From a virus (Duplodnaviria > Caudoviricetes), in the IMG/VR virus record IMGVR_UViG_3300002161_000016, positions 1 to 35,304 of that record: 35,304 bases of DNA; one strand, written 5' to 3'. This document shows, one piece after another, positions 26,988-35,304 of the stretch; within the stretch, counting starts at the first letter, position 1; the number at the start of each line of letters is the position of its first letter. A program made the translations under genes and the position numbers. A model generated the notes under the pieces. The model had not been told where the DNA came from, did not search any database, and was given only the letters and a program-made list of their open reading frames with translations.

Positions 26988-27208
26988 TGGATCCACAGAT
27001 CCTGATCAACATCGGTTTTGGTGTTGCTGGCGCGTTTGGGGGTTGGATTCTCAACTCCCTTTCGCGCTCGATCATCCGAATAGAGGATCGGATTGCTGAC
27101 TTGCCTCTTCAGTATGTCACTAGAGACGACTACAGAGCAGATATCGCAGATATCAAAAGTATGTTAGCTAGGATCTTTGATAAGTTGGACAACAAGGTAG
27201 ATAAATGA
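26987..27208 (+). CDS. Small N-terminal TM plus coiled-coil protein (holin/XhlA-like architecture)
   Basis: MDPQILINIGFGVAGAFGGWILNSL...YVTRDDY...IFDKLDNKVDK, with GGAG upstream of ATG 26987. Confidence 0.7.
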   Translation: MDPQILINIGFGVAGAFGGWILNSLSRSIIRIEDRIADLPLQYVTRDDYRADIADIKSMLARIFDKLDNKVDK

Positions 27209-27597
27209 GTTCCGCGGTCAAGTCCAATCCTGAGAAGTGGAAGAGAATTGTTTCTCAAGTCAAAGCTTCTGGGAAGGGTGGTAGCCCGGGGCAATGGTCA
27301 GCTAGGAAGGCACAGTTAGCCACTCAGAAGTACAAATCTTCCGGGGGTGGTTACAAAGGGCCAAAAAAGGCGGACAATTCGTTATCTAGATGGTCTAAGG
27401 AAGATTGGGGTACTCGATCTGGAAAGCCATCTACGCAGGGTTCTGAGGCTACGGGTGAGCGTTATCTCCCCCGGCGAGCAAGAGAGAAGCTAACCGCTTC
27501 GGAATACGCCGCCACAACGCGAGCAAAGCGCGAGGGGATGCGGCAAGGTAAGCAGTATGTCCCGCAGCCTGAGTCTATTAAGAAAAAGGTGTGGTGA
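27205..27597 (+). CDS. Small very basic protein, DUF5872-like
   Basis: KGGSPGQWSARKAQL...YKSSGGGY...SLSRWSKEDW...GERYLP. Family name recalled, not searched. Confidence 0.65.
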   Translation: MSSAVKSNPEKWKRIVSQVKASGKGGSPGQWSARKAQLATQKYKSSGGGYKGPKKADNSLSRWSKEDWGTRSGKPSTQGSEATGERYLPRRAREKLTASEYAATTRAKREGMRQGKQYVPQPESIKKKVW

Positions 27598-28229
27598 TGC
27601 CTGCTTACATGATGACCTATGACAATCTGGTCACAGATATTGAAAAGTATCTGGAGAGGACGGACACGGCCACGATTGAAAGGATTCCTACCTTTATCGG
27701 TCTTGCGGAGCAAGTATTAGCCGCTGATCTTAAATTCTTAGGGAATCTTACGGTAGTGACGAGCACGATGGTTCTAGGTGAAGCCATCATTGACAAGCCT
27801 GCTCGTTGGAGAAAGACCGTCTCAATGAACGTCACTGTAGGTGGTCAGAGGAGTCCGATTCTTCTCAGGAAGTATGAGTATCTGAGGGAGTATTGGCCTG
27901 ACCCTGCGGACACAGACGTTCCTCTATTTTATTGTGATTACGACTATACGCACTGGTTGATTGCTCCGACTCCGGACGATGACTATGCGTATGAGGTCTT
28001 GTATTACGAGAGGGTTCAGCCATTGGACTCCTCTAATCAGTCTAACTGGTTCACTCAATACGCACCACAGGCTCTTCTGTACGGGTCTCTTTTACAAGCG
28101 ATGCCGTTCCTGAAGAACGATGAGCGGATTCCGATGTGGCAGCAGCAGTATTCTGCGATTGTAAACACGCTGAAGACAGAGGATGTTTCCCGTATTGGTG
28201 ACCGTCAAGCGATAGCGAGGGATTCATGA
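27597..28229 (+). CDS. Second adaptor / tail tubular-type protein
   Basis: MTYDNLVTDIEKYLER...IPTFIGLAE...LIAPTPD..Y.YEVLYY...SNWFTQYAPQALLYGSLLQAMPFLKND. Start by TGATG overlap. Confidence 0.7.
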   Translation: MPAYMMTYDNLVTDIEKYLERTDTATIERIPTFIGLAEQVLAADLKFLGNLTVVTSTMVLGEAIIDKPARWRKTVSMNVTVGGQRSPILLRKYEYLREYWPDPADTDVPLFYCDYDYTHWLIAPTPDDDYAYEVLYYERVQPLDSSNQSNWFTQYAPQALLYGSLLQAMPFLKNDERIPMWQQQYSAIVNTLKTEDVSRIGDRQAIARDS

Positions 28230-29482
28230 GCTTTTTAAGCCCCTTTACGGGAAATGTGATCCAGCCGACGGACGTTTCGTTTCGTGCTGTAACGCTGTCA
28301 GCGAATACCACGTTAAGTTGGCCGATCAACGGGTCAGCGACGAATGATTATGTAGCGAGGATCATGAACGTTACGGCTACTGTTGGTAGCTTGACGTTGA
28401 GGATGCCTCCTGCAAATCAAGCCTCAGTTGGTGAGGATTCCCTAGTTAGGAACGTTGGGGCGAATACTTTCACCCTAGCGGACTATGACGGCAACACGAT
28501 CACGACAATTGCCGCGGGGGAAGCCAAGTACGTCTACATCACCACTAACGCCACCACCGCAGGTACTTGGGGGTTGATTGCGTTTGGAGTGGGGACGAGT
28601 AACGCTGATGCCGCGGTGTTGGCGGGGCTTGGTCTTAAAGCGATTGGATCGACGCTCAACCAAGCGTACAACGTCACCACATTCTCCTCTAACTATACGG
28701 CTGTAGACGGCGATAGAGCCTCTGCATACGTCTGGACGGGGGGTAGTGGCACCCTGACCCTTCCCGGTGCCTCAACGGTCGGAGAAGACTGGTTCCTGCT
28801 AGTTAGGAACGGGGGTACGGGGACGCTGACAGTCAGTCCTAGTGGCGGTAATTTGATTAACGCCGCGGCTTCTTTGGCAATGCAGCCTGCTGATTCGGCG
28901 GTAGTCATATCCTCTGGTTCCGCGTGGTACACGATTGGCTTGGGCAGGAGTACGCAGTTCAACTTCACCCAGCTAACAAAAGCGGTTACTAATGGGACGT
29001 ACACGCTTACTGCTTCTGAGGCAGCGAACGTCGTACAGAAGTACACCGGGACTCTAACGGGGAATGTGACGGTCAACCTTCCTCAGACGATTCAGGTTTA
29101 CTACATCACTAATCAGACTGACGGTGGTGGGTCGGGGTATCAGATCACCTTTCAGACAGGTGCTGCGGGGGGTGCTGTAGCGACGATTCCTGCGGGGCAA
29201 CAGGTGATCTTGCTGTGTGATTCGGTCAACTTGCTGAATGCTTCGACGATTGCTGCTGGAGCGGTGAATGTATCGCTGGTGGATGGAACCGCGGCGGCTC
29301 CGGCGTTGAACTTTGCTTCAGAAACGGACACAGGTATTTACAGGCCCAATTCAGGCGAGTTTGGCATTTCAATTGAGCAAGTGCCGATGTTTGGGTTAAC
29401 GGGAACCGGGTTGACCGTTAATGGTACGGGCACGTTTGGTTCTGGGACGACAGGTGGCATTTCTGGCGGACTGTTCTCATGA
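28226..29482 (+). CDS. Tail fibre/spike-like structural protein 3
   Basis: 418 aa, G/T/A-rich, with repeated TLTLP...VRN.G..TLT modules and DGTAAAPALNF..TDTGIYRP. Ends GISGGLFS. Confidence 0.7.
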   Translation: MSFLSPFTGNVIQPTDVSFRAVTLSANTTLSWPINGSATNDYVARIMNVTATVGSLTLRMPPANQASVGEDSLVRNVGANTFTLADYDGNTITTIAAGEAKYVYITTNATTAGTWGLIAFGVGTSNADAAVLAGLGLKAIGSTLNQAYNVTTFSSNYTAVDGDRASAYVWTGGSGTLTLPGASTVGEDWFLLVRNGGTGTLTVSPSGGNLINAAASLAMQPADSAVVISSGSAWYTIGLGRSTQFNFTQLTKAVTNGTYTLTASEAANVVQKYTGTLTGNVTVNLPQTIQVYYITNQTDGGGSGYQITFQTGAAGGAVATIPAGQQVILLCDSVNLLNASTIAAGAVNVSLVDGTAAAPALNFASETDTGIYRPNSGEFGISIEQVPMFGLTGTGLTVNGTGTFGSGTTGGISGGLFS

Positions 29483-31710
29483 CGCAGAAAGTCTTTGCTT
29501 TAGATACCAAACCCGGTATTCAGAGGGATGGAACTCTTTTCGACAAGCAGTTCTATAACGATGGACGTTGGGTAAGGTTTCAACGAGGTCGCCCGAGGAA
29601 GATGCTGGGATACAGGGTTATCTCAGATCAGATGTTTGGGCCATCTAGAGGCATCTGGGTGAACGCTCAGAACGCCTTTACTTCTATCTTTTCTGGTTAT
29701 AACAACGGGCTGGAAGTTCTGACCATTGATGATAATGGGGTTGGGGCGGGCATTGGAGAGTTCTCTCTATCGAACTTCACTGCTTCTCCGCTTAACCTCT
29801 GGCAGTTTGACGGGTTTTATGATGTTGGAGGTTCCGGGGTTCAGACAATTGTTGCTCATCCCGGTCAGAACCTACAGGCGATTGACTCGGACAATGACAC
29901 GCCGGTTTTGATTGGAAACATTACCGGCACGACGATGAGTCAGATTGGCGTGTTTACTGATTCAGTAACGACGACCAACCTCAGCCCGACTCTTACGTTA
30001 GCGGTATCAAACCCTTTGATTGGTGCTGGGCAGACGATTACCGGGGCAGGGATCCCTGTAAATACTACGGTGGTTTCAGTTGTTGGTACGACGGTCACGA
30101 TGTCGAACAATGCAACAGCCTCTGCAACGGTGACTGCTACGTTCAACAATAACGTAGAAGTGTCTGGCGGGGTGGTTTCGCTTCATCCGTACTTGTTCGT
30201 ATACGGGAACAACGGGCTGCTTAGGAACTGCGCTGCTGGCAATACGGATGACTGGGTGTCTAGTGATGCTAACTCAGTCAACGTAGCAACAGGGAAGATC
30301 GTACAAGGGTTGCCGGTTCGAGGCGGCTCTAACTCTCCGTCTGGACTCTTTTGGAGTTTGGATTCCCTAGTTAGGGTGTCATATGCGCCTACAAATCTAG
30401 GTGTCCCGGGGACGGCGAACTTTGCTACTCCGACGTTCTGGCGGTACGACATTATCTCTTCGCAGACTTCGATCATGTCGAGTCAGTGCGTGATTGAGTA
30501 TGACGGCATCTATTACTGGTGCGGGGTTGATAGGTTCCTTCTTTATAACGGGACGGTCAAAGAGATCCCGAACTCGATGAACCAGAACTGGTTCTTTGAC
30601 AATCTGAACTACAGTCAGAGACAGAAGGTTTGGGTAACTAAGGTTCCTCGATACGGAGAGATCTGGTGGTTCTATCCTAGAGGGAACGCGACCGAGTGTA
30701 CGGATGCGATTGTTTACAACGTCCGTGAACAGACTTGGTATGACGCGGGTCAGGCTCTAGGGGCTAGAAGGTCTGCCGGGTATTTCTCCCAAGTGTTTGC
30801 GTTTCCTGTCATGGCTGGGTGGAACACGCTCCCAGAGACGGTGATCTTTACTCAGACGATGAACATTACGAGCGGAAGTGATTTCATCTTTCTAGACACT
30901 TACAACACTCAAGTAGCTTTGAGGCAGGTTGTTTCTGGTTCTAACATTCCTACGGGAGCTTCGGTTGTAGCGATCACGAGTTCTAACCTGAAGACGTTAG
31001 GAGCGATCACGCCGGGGTCTGGATATGTAAGCGCGTCTTACGTCAATGTTCCTCTTACTGGTGGTTCTGGATATGGTGCTACTGCTGATATTGGCGTAGT
31101 GGGTGGTCAGGTCGCATCAGTAACGATTGTTCTTCGCGGAGCGGCTTATGAGATTGGGGATGTACTGTCTGCGAGCAATACGAATCTAGGCGGAACGGGG
31201 TCGGGGTTTTCGATCCCTGTGACGGCCATCTATGCTCAGGCGATTGAGATGAGTGCTGCCGCTACGGGGACTGGCGCGGTGAGTCTTACGTTCTCTTTGC
31301 CTCCTGATCGAATCCAGATCTATCAGCATGAGATCGGGGTAGATTCGATTGACGGGCAGAATGTAGAGGCGATTGAGAGTTACTTCGAGACGAACGATCT
31401 TGGGTGGGTATCGGGAGGCCCGAGTCAACCGGCGATGGAAGGGATAAACAAGTGGCTGCGGTTAGAGAGGGTTGAGCCTGACTTCCTTCTTGAGGGTGAG
31501 ATGGAGTTGTACATCACAGGGAGGCCGTATGCACAGAGTGATGATTCAACGACTGGCCCGTACACCTTTGACTCAACTACGAACAAGATTGATATGAAGG
31601 AACAGCGGAGAGAGCTGAGGTTAAGGTTTGTCTCTAACGTTGCTGGTGGTGATTATCAATTAGGGAAAGTTGTGTTGAACGCGGACATTGGGGATCAGCG
31701 TGGCTACTAG
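29479..31710 (+). CDS. Tail nozzle / P22 gp10-like DNA stabilisation protein with inserted surface domains
   Basis: 743 aa with KPGIQRDGT...WVRFQRGRPRKM.G, YYWCGVDRFLLYNGTVKEIP, YGEIWWFYP...IVYNVREQTWY, IESYFET.D and RVEPDF. Beta-propeller-like pattern, located after the adaptor. Confidence 0.7.
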   Translation: MTQKVFALDTKPGIQRDGTLFDKQFYNDGRWVRFQRGRPRKMLGYRVISDQMFGPSRGIWVNAQNAFTSIFSGYNNGLEVLTIDDNGVGAGIGEFSLSNFTASPLNLWQFDGFYDVGGSGVQTIVAHPGQNLQAIDSDNDTPVLIGNITGTTMSQIGVFTDSVTTTNLSPTLTLAVSNPLIGAGQTITGAGIPVNTTVVSVVGTTVTMSNNATASATVTATFNNNVEVSGGVVSLHPYLFVYGNNGLLRNCAAGNTDDWVSSDANSVNVATGKIVQGLPVRGGSNSPSGLFWSLDSLVRVSYAPTNLGVPGTANFATPTFWRYDIISSQTSIMSSQCVIEYDGIYYWCGVDRFLLYNGTVKEIPNSMNQNWFFDNLNYSQRQKVWVTKVPRYGEIWWFYPRGNATECTDAIVYNVREQTWYDAGQALGARRSAGYFSQVFAFPVMAGWNTLPETVIFTQTMNITSGSDFIFLDTYNTQVALRQVVSGSNIPTGASVVAITSSNLKTLGAITPGSGYVSASYVNVPLTGGSGYGATADIGVVGGQVASVTIVLRGAAYEIGDVLSASNTNLGGTGSGFSIPVTAIYAQAIEMSAAATGTGAVSLTFSLPPDRIQIYQHEIGVDSIDGQNVEAIESYFETNDLGWVSGGPSQPAMEGINKWLRLERVEPDFLLEGEMELYITGRPYAQSDDSTTGPYTFDSTTNKIDMKEQRRELRLRFVSNVAGGDYQLGKVVLNADIGDQRGY

Positions 31711-31721
31711 AGATCTTGCTA

Positions 31722-31976
31722 ATGGCTAGTACCGAATCACCTCTTGTATACGACCCGAGGTTTCATACGTTTGAGTCTTGGGCGTGCCTGATGGTTGAGC
31801 AGTATGCTGCCCAGCAACTAGCTATTCCAGACGCCAATACGGACTGGAAGCTTTGGGGTGACGGGTTGAAGGCGATTGATGTGTTTACAAACGAAGCCAT
31901 TCCTAATACGGATGACTTTGATGACTGGTTTGACTGGGCTGCTGCGCTTCTATCAGCAGTGAATCCAAGGACATAA
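31722..31976 (+). CDS. Hypothetical acidic W-rich protein
   Basis: 84 aa from ATG 31722 (LVYDPRFHTFESWA...WKLWG...FDDWFDWA), filling the gap after the nozzle gene. Confidence 0.75.
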   Translation: MASTESPLVYDPRFHTFESWACLMVEQYAAQQLAIPDANTDWKLWGDGLKAIDVFTNEAIPNTDDFDDWFDWAAALLSAVNPRT

Positions 31977-31978
31977 AG

Positions 31979-34900
31979 ATGCAAATCTTTGGCCCTCCTA
32001 GAGAAGAGATCTATCGATTTCGGAACAATTTCCGTCATAGAGGTTATGAATACGGAGACCTCAATAAAGACGGTCGCGTAGACGATACCGATTTAACGAT
32101 AGCTCAAAGATTTGTAGACGCCACTTCTGCTGCAAGTACGGGCGCGTATGACAAATTCTTTCCTAAGCCGGAAGGTGTTACTGGATCTGGGTATACAACC
32201 TTAAAGTTGATGGAAACTCTGTCAACTAATCCAAACTGGTTTGTCAACACGGAGTTGCCAGAACTATATACAGAGTCTCCTGATGGTGCTCGATTAAGTA
32301 TTGCCGCAATTAACAATGTTGCTCAACAGATTTCAGAACAACGCAAAAACTTTGGTACGGAAAAATACTACACAGGCTCTATTGGTGACATGGGCGGGAT
32401 TGATGCCGCAACTCGGTACATGGCAGAGTTGCTTGTACGGAGCGGCATCGGAGACGTAGCCGATATTGGTGAAAGAGAAATAAAAGAAGACGGCGTTGTT
32501 ACCGGCAAGCAGTTGTATAACAAAAACAGTGGTCAACCTCTCAACTCAGGTCACGATGCGTCGTACATATACGCTAACTCAACAATTGCTCCTACGGATG
32601 AGCAGTATATTTTTGGTGGGTCTTTTGCTGGCAAAAACACATCGTTAAACATTTCGATGGTCAACGGAATACCGGTGTTCTATTCAACGCCGGGGCCGTC
32701 AAGTTCGGACTTTGATGTTAAAGACATTGCCCCGTTTGTAGCTATAGCGTCATTGGCTATTCCGGGGATTGGTCAAGCAATTGGTGCGTTTGTAGCAGAG
32801 ATGGCTATTGGTCAAGCCGCTGCTGCCGCGTTAGCTCCTGCCACGCTGGGGGCTATTGGTTCAGGTGTTCTGACTTCCGTATTAACGGGAGACATTAAAC
32901 AAGGGGTGTTAGCGAGCGCGGGGACGCTGTTAGGGGCGCAACTTGGTGATGTGATAGGAGATGCAGCCAAGGGGATTTTTGACTCCCCTGCTGGGCAGAA
33001 GTTTGCAACCTCTATTGGTTCCGCGATGACCAGAGCGGCGGTGGTTGGTCAAGATGTGACAGCCGCGGGTTTAGGTGCCGCTACCGGGGAAGCTTTTAAT
33101 CTGATTTCAGACAGTATCCCGGGGTTTAGTGATGTTAAGGATCCAAAGATCAAGAGTGCGGTCACTCAGGCTATTCAGGCTGGGTTGAACACCGAAGGCA
33201 GTTTGAGTGACAAGATTTCTGCTGCGACTCTTCAAGGGGCGGTAACGCTTGGAACTTCGCAATTTGAATCTGGTGGGAAGAAGTTTGTTGATCTGACTCC
33301 GGGCCAGCAGGCTTTAGTAACAACGACTATTGGGTCGTTAATATCTGGCAAGCCTTTAGACCAAGAGTTAGTTAAAAGGGCTGTATCACAGGCTCAGTCC
33401 GACTTTGCGGCCACATTAAAACAACCGACTGCTGCACAACCTGAAGATTTTGGATCAGCCAGTACGCCTACTCCTGCCGCACAGCCGGAGGACTTTGGAT
33501 CTGCTAATGAGGCTCCCAGAACGATCCCGTCGCTAGATCCGGCGATGGGGGCCGTTGGGCCTCCTGACATGGGGCCGACGATTCGTCGGGAAAGCTTTAT
33601 CTCTGATCCTAACCAGCCTACAAGACAACTAGCTCCGGGGTTTATCCCGGGTGAAGTTCCGATGAGTCTGCAAAAGTTGTCAAGTGCAGACCCGCTAGCG
33701 GATGAGATTCAACGACAATCTGATTTGATTGGTTCTGGACAAATCGCTCCTTTTGTGCAAGTAGCATCGTCGGGACAGATTGCGACGGATGCGGTTGAAG
33801 AGCCAGATCGATTCAAAAGAGCATTACAGCCGGGACATACGCAGGTTTGGCTGCAATCAGAAATTGAAGGTCTTGATGCAGTCGTTAAGCGGATGCGTGA
33901 TGCCGGGATCTCTGATGACATCATTGAAGAGACCCTAGTAAACGAACAAGCTAAGAACCCGAATTTTGCTGAGATGCTCCGAGGCAACGCTGTTAAGCCT
34001 ACCGATCTAGGGGAGTCTTCTGGTGAAAAAACTGCGGATGTTACTAAAACTGGTGTGACGGATGATCAAAAGGCTGGTGTTGTTAGCGTTGGAACATCTA
34101 CTACGCCGCCTGAGACGGGTGGATCAACTTTCTTTGGCAAAGGCGCGGGGGAGTCATTAGGGTTTGTGCCATTTTCTGTAGCAGCCGTTGATACTGGGAC
34201 TGGAACGACGACCTATGACATGAACAACGGGTTCAGTTTGTTTTTGTTTGCTGATGGTCGCCAAAAGATTATGGACAACGAGTCCAAGGTCATCATTGAT
34301 TTAACTGAGCTTCCGCCGGATATACAGACAGAAGTTCAAACTAGAATGGTGGCGGCGGATGCAGCCAAGTCTGCTGAGGCATTGCAAGTCCCCGCACAAA
34401 TACCCGCTGATACTAGTCTGGTAGCTAAAACGGAAACTAAGCCTGTTGATGTAACGCCTCCAAAACCCGTTAATGTAACTCCTGTTAAGCCGGTTGATGT
34501 GCCCCCGTTAGATACTAAGCCGACAGAGCCGTTGAAGGTTGATACAACTAATATCCAACCGAAAGCGGCAGATACTGCGGCTACGCAGAGCGACACGAAA
34601 TCTACGGGTGACGCTTCTACAACGGTTACGCAGGTTGGTGGATCTACCCCAGCGGGAGATGTTACTAGACCCTCTCCTCGCAATGAACCGCCTCTTGTCT
34701 ATGTGCCGCCCACGCTGCCGGTTGTTGCACCTCAACCGCCTCGCTATACGCCCCCGCCGGATTCAGGCCCGCCGATAACGTGGCCGAAAGAACTTCCCCG
34801 TTACACCCCGCCGTCAATCCCTCCTGCGCCTGTCGTCACTCAACCGGATATAACGACCGAGCAAACAAAGCCAAAAGGTGATACCCCTTCCCCTCGCAAT

Positions 34901-35304
34901 GAACCACCTCTTATATATGTCCCGCCCGAACTGCCGGTTGTACCAACTCAGCCACCGCGCTATATACCTCCTGATGATTCAGGCCCGCCGATAACGTGGC
35001 CGAAAGAATTTCCCCGTTACACCCCGCCGTCAATTCCCTCTGGGCCTGTCGTTACTCAGGTTAATACTGGTGTTGTTGCCGATAGTGGCGCTACAGGTAC
35101 TCCGACAAACGTTGTTTCAGGAACAGGTAGCTCAACAGTTGTAGATACAGGCGCTGCAACAGGCACTGGGACGGCAACTAATGTAGTGCCGGGTGCGGCC
35201 ACAGGGACGGGTGTTTCTACCGAAGCCGCTACGGGTACAGGGGCTGCAACAAGTACCGCCACTGGGACGGGCACTGGTAGCGGTGCAGGGGTGTCTACAC
35301 AGCC
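31979..35304 (+). CDS. Large putative internal virion/ejection protein, 3'-truncated (>1108 aa; absent from ORF track)
   Basis: Translated by hand from ATG 31979 (MQIFGPPREEIYRFRNNF...) with no stop to the window end. Long Gly/Ala hydrophobic stretch (~32720-32950), Pro-rich repeats and a TGTG low-complexity tail. Position after the nozzle matches podoviral ejection genes. Confidence 0.8.
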   Translation, partial: MQIFGPPREEIYRFRNNFRHRGYEYGDLNKDGRVDDTDLTIAQRFVDATSAASTGAYDKFFPKPEGVTGSGYTTLKLMETLSTNPNWFVNTELPELYTESPDGARLSIAAINNVAQQISEQRKNFGTEKYYTGSIGDMGGIDAATRYMAELLVRSGIGDVADIGEREIKEDGVVTGKQLYNKNSGQPLNSGHDASYIYANSTIAPTDEQYIFGGSFAGKNTSLNISMVNGIPVFYSTPGPSSSDFDVKDIAPFVAIASLAIPGIGQAIGAFVAEMAIGQAAAAALAPATLGAIGSGVLTSVLTGDIKQGVLASAGTLLGAQLGDVIGDAAKGIFDSPAGQKFATSIGSAMTRAAVVGQDVTAAGLGAATGEAFNLISDSIPGFSDVKDPKIKSAVTQAIQAGLNTEGSLSDKISAATLQGAVTLGTSQFESGGKKFVDLTPGQQALVTTTIGSLISGKPLDQELVKRAVSQAQSDFAATLKQPTAAQPEDFGSASTPTPAAQPEDFGSANEAPRTIPSLDPAMGAVGPPDMGPTIRRESFISDPNQPTRQLAPGFIPGEVPMSLQKLSSADPLADEIQRQSDLIGSGQIAPFVQVASSGQIATDAVEEPDRFKRALQPGHTQVWLQSEIEGLDAVVKRMRDAGISDDIIEETLVNEQAKNPNFAEMLRGNAVKPTDLGESSGEKTADVTKTGVTDDQKAGVVSVGTSTTPPETGGSTFFGKGAGESLGFVPFSVAAVDTGTGTTTYDMNNGFSLFLFADGRQKIMDNESKVIIDLTELPPDIQTEVQTRMVAADAAKSAEALQVPAQIPADTSLVAKTETKPVDVTPPKPVNVTPVKPVDVPPLDTKPTEPLKVDTTNIQPKAADTAATQSDTKSTGDASTTVTQVGGSTPAGDVTRPSPRNEPPLVYVPPTLPVVAPQPPRYTPPPDSGPPITWPKELPRYTPPSIPPAPVVTQPDITTEQTKPKGDTPSPRNEPPLIYVPPELPVVPTQPPRYIPPDDSGPPITWPKEFPRYTPPSIPSGPVVTQVNTGVVADSGATGTPTNVVSGTGSSTVVDTGAATGTGTATNVVPGAATGTGVSTEAATGTGAATSTATGTGTGSGAGVSTQ
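34670..35059 (+). repeat. Tandem 58-aa Pro-rich repeat (period 216 nt)
   Basis: PSPRNEPPLVYVPPTLPVVAPQPPRYTPPPDSGPPITWPKELPRYTPPSIPPAPVVTQ (34670-34843) and PSPRNEPPLIYVPPELPVVPTQPPRYIPPDDSGPPITWPKEFPRYTPPSIPSGPVVTQ (34886-35059). Confidence 0.95.

Larger units (their letters stand above)
1..35304 (+). mobile_element. Tailed dsDNA bacteriophage (podovirus-like) packaging, structural and lysis module
   Basis: Co-oriented terS-terL-portal-scaffold-capsid-adaptor-fibre-holin-lysozyme-nozzle gene order with frequent ATGA/TAATG/TGATG overlaps. No host housekeeping genes and no tape-measure or sheath gene. Confidence 0.97.

Noticed and set aside
34670-35059. Near-identical repeat pair as a DGR template/variable repeat
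   Set aside because: Differences are not confined to adenines (many C/T and G/C synonymous changes), both copies are in frame in one ORF, and no reverse transcriptase is present in the window.
769-35274. Numerous minus-strand and nested alternate-frame ORFs in the track, including those over 32100-35274
   Set aside because: They are shadows of long + strand genes with no recognisable motifs. The apparently empty right end is explained by the open + frame from 31979.
1-35304. CRISPR arrays, tRNA/rRNA genes, integrase or attachment sites, stop-codon reassignment
   Set aside because: No spaced repeats or RNA-gene-sized gaps were seen, no recombinase is present, and genes are intact under the standard code with TAA, TGA and TAG all used as stops.

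Overview
The whole window is the packaging, virion and lysis arm of a tailed dsDNA phage. It looks podovirus-like: all credible genes are on the + strand and tightly coupled, and no tape measure, sheath or replication genes are seen. Gene order: terS (5' end cut by the window edge), terL, a 1365-aa multidomain 'polyvalent' protein (PcfJ-like and ADP-ribosyltransferase-like domains), portal, GroES-like co-chaperonin, scaffold, major capsid, several small very basic proteins, head-tail adaptor, tail fibres, a lysis cassette (holin, GH24 lysozyme, several small membrane ORFs), a second adaptor, a P22 gp10-like nozzle, and a >1100-aa ejection-type ORF that runs off the right edge and is missing from the ORF track. 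Three free-standing homing endonucleases (1 HNH-like, 2 GIY-YIG) sit between structural genes. The most intriguing unexplained signal is a recurrent [M/Y/F/L/K]-[K/A]-x-G-G motif. It sits at the domain boundaries of the polyvalent protein, occurs about a dozen times in one basic protein, and recurs in other head-region proteins, suggesting a shared processing or capsid-loading signal. All family assignments come from motif recognition by eye; no database searches were run.
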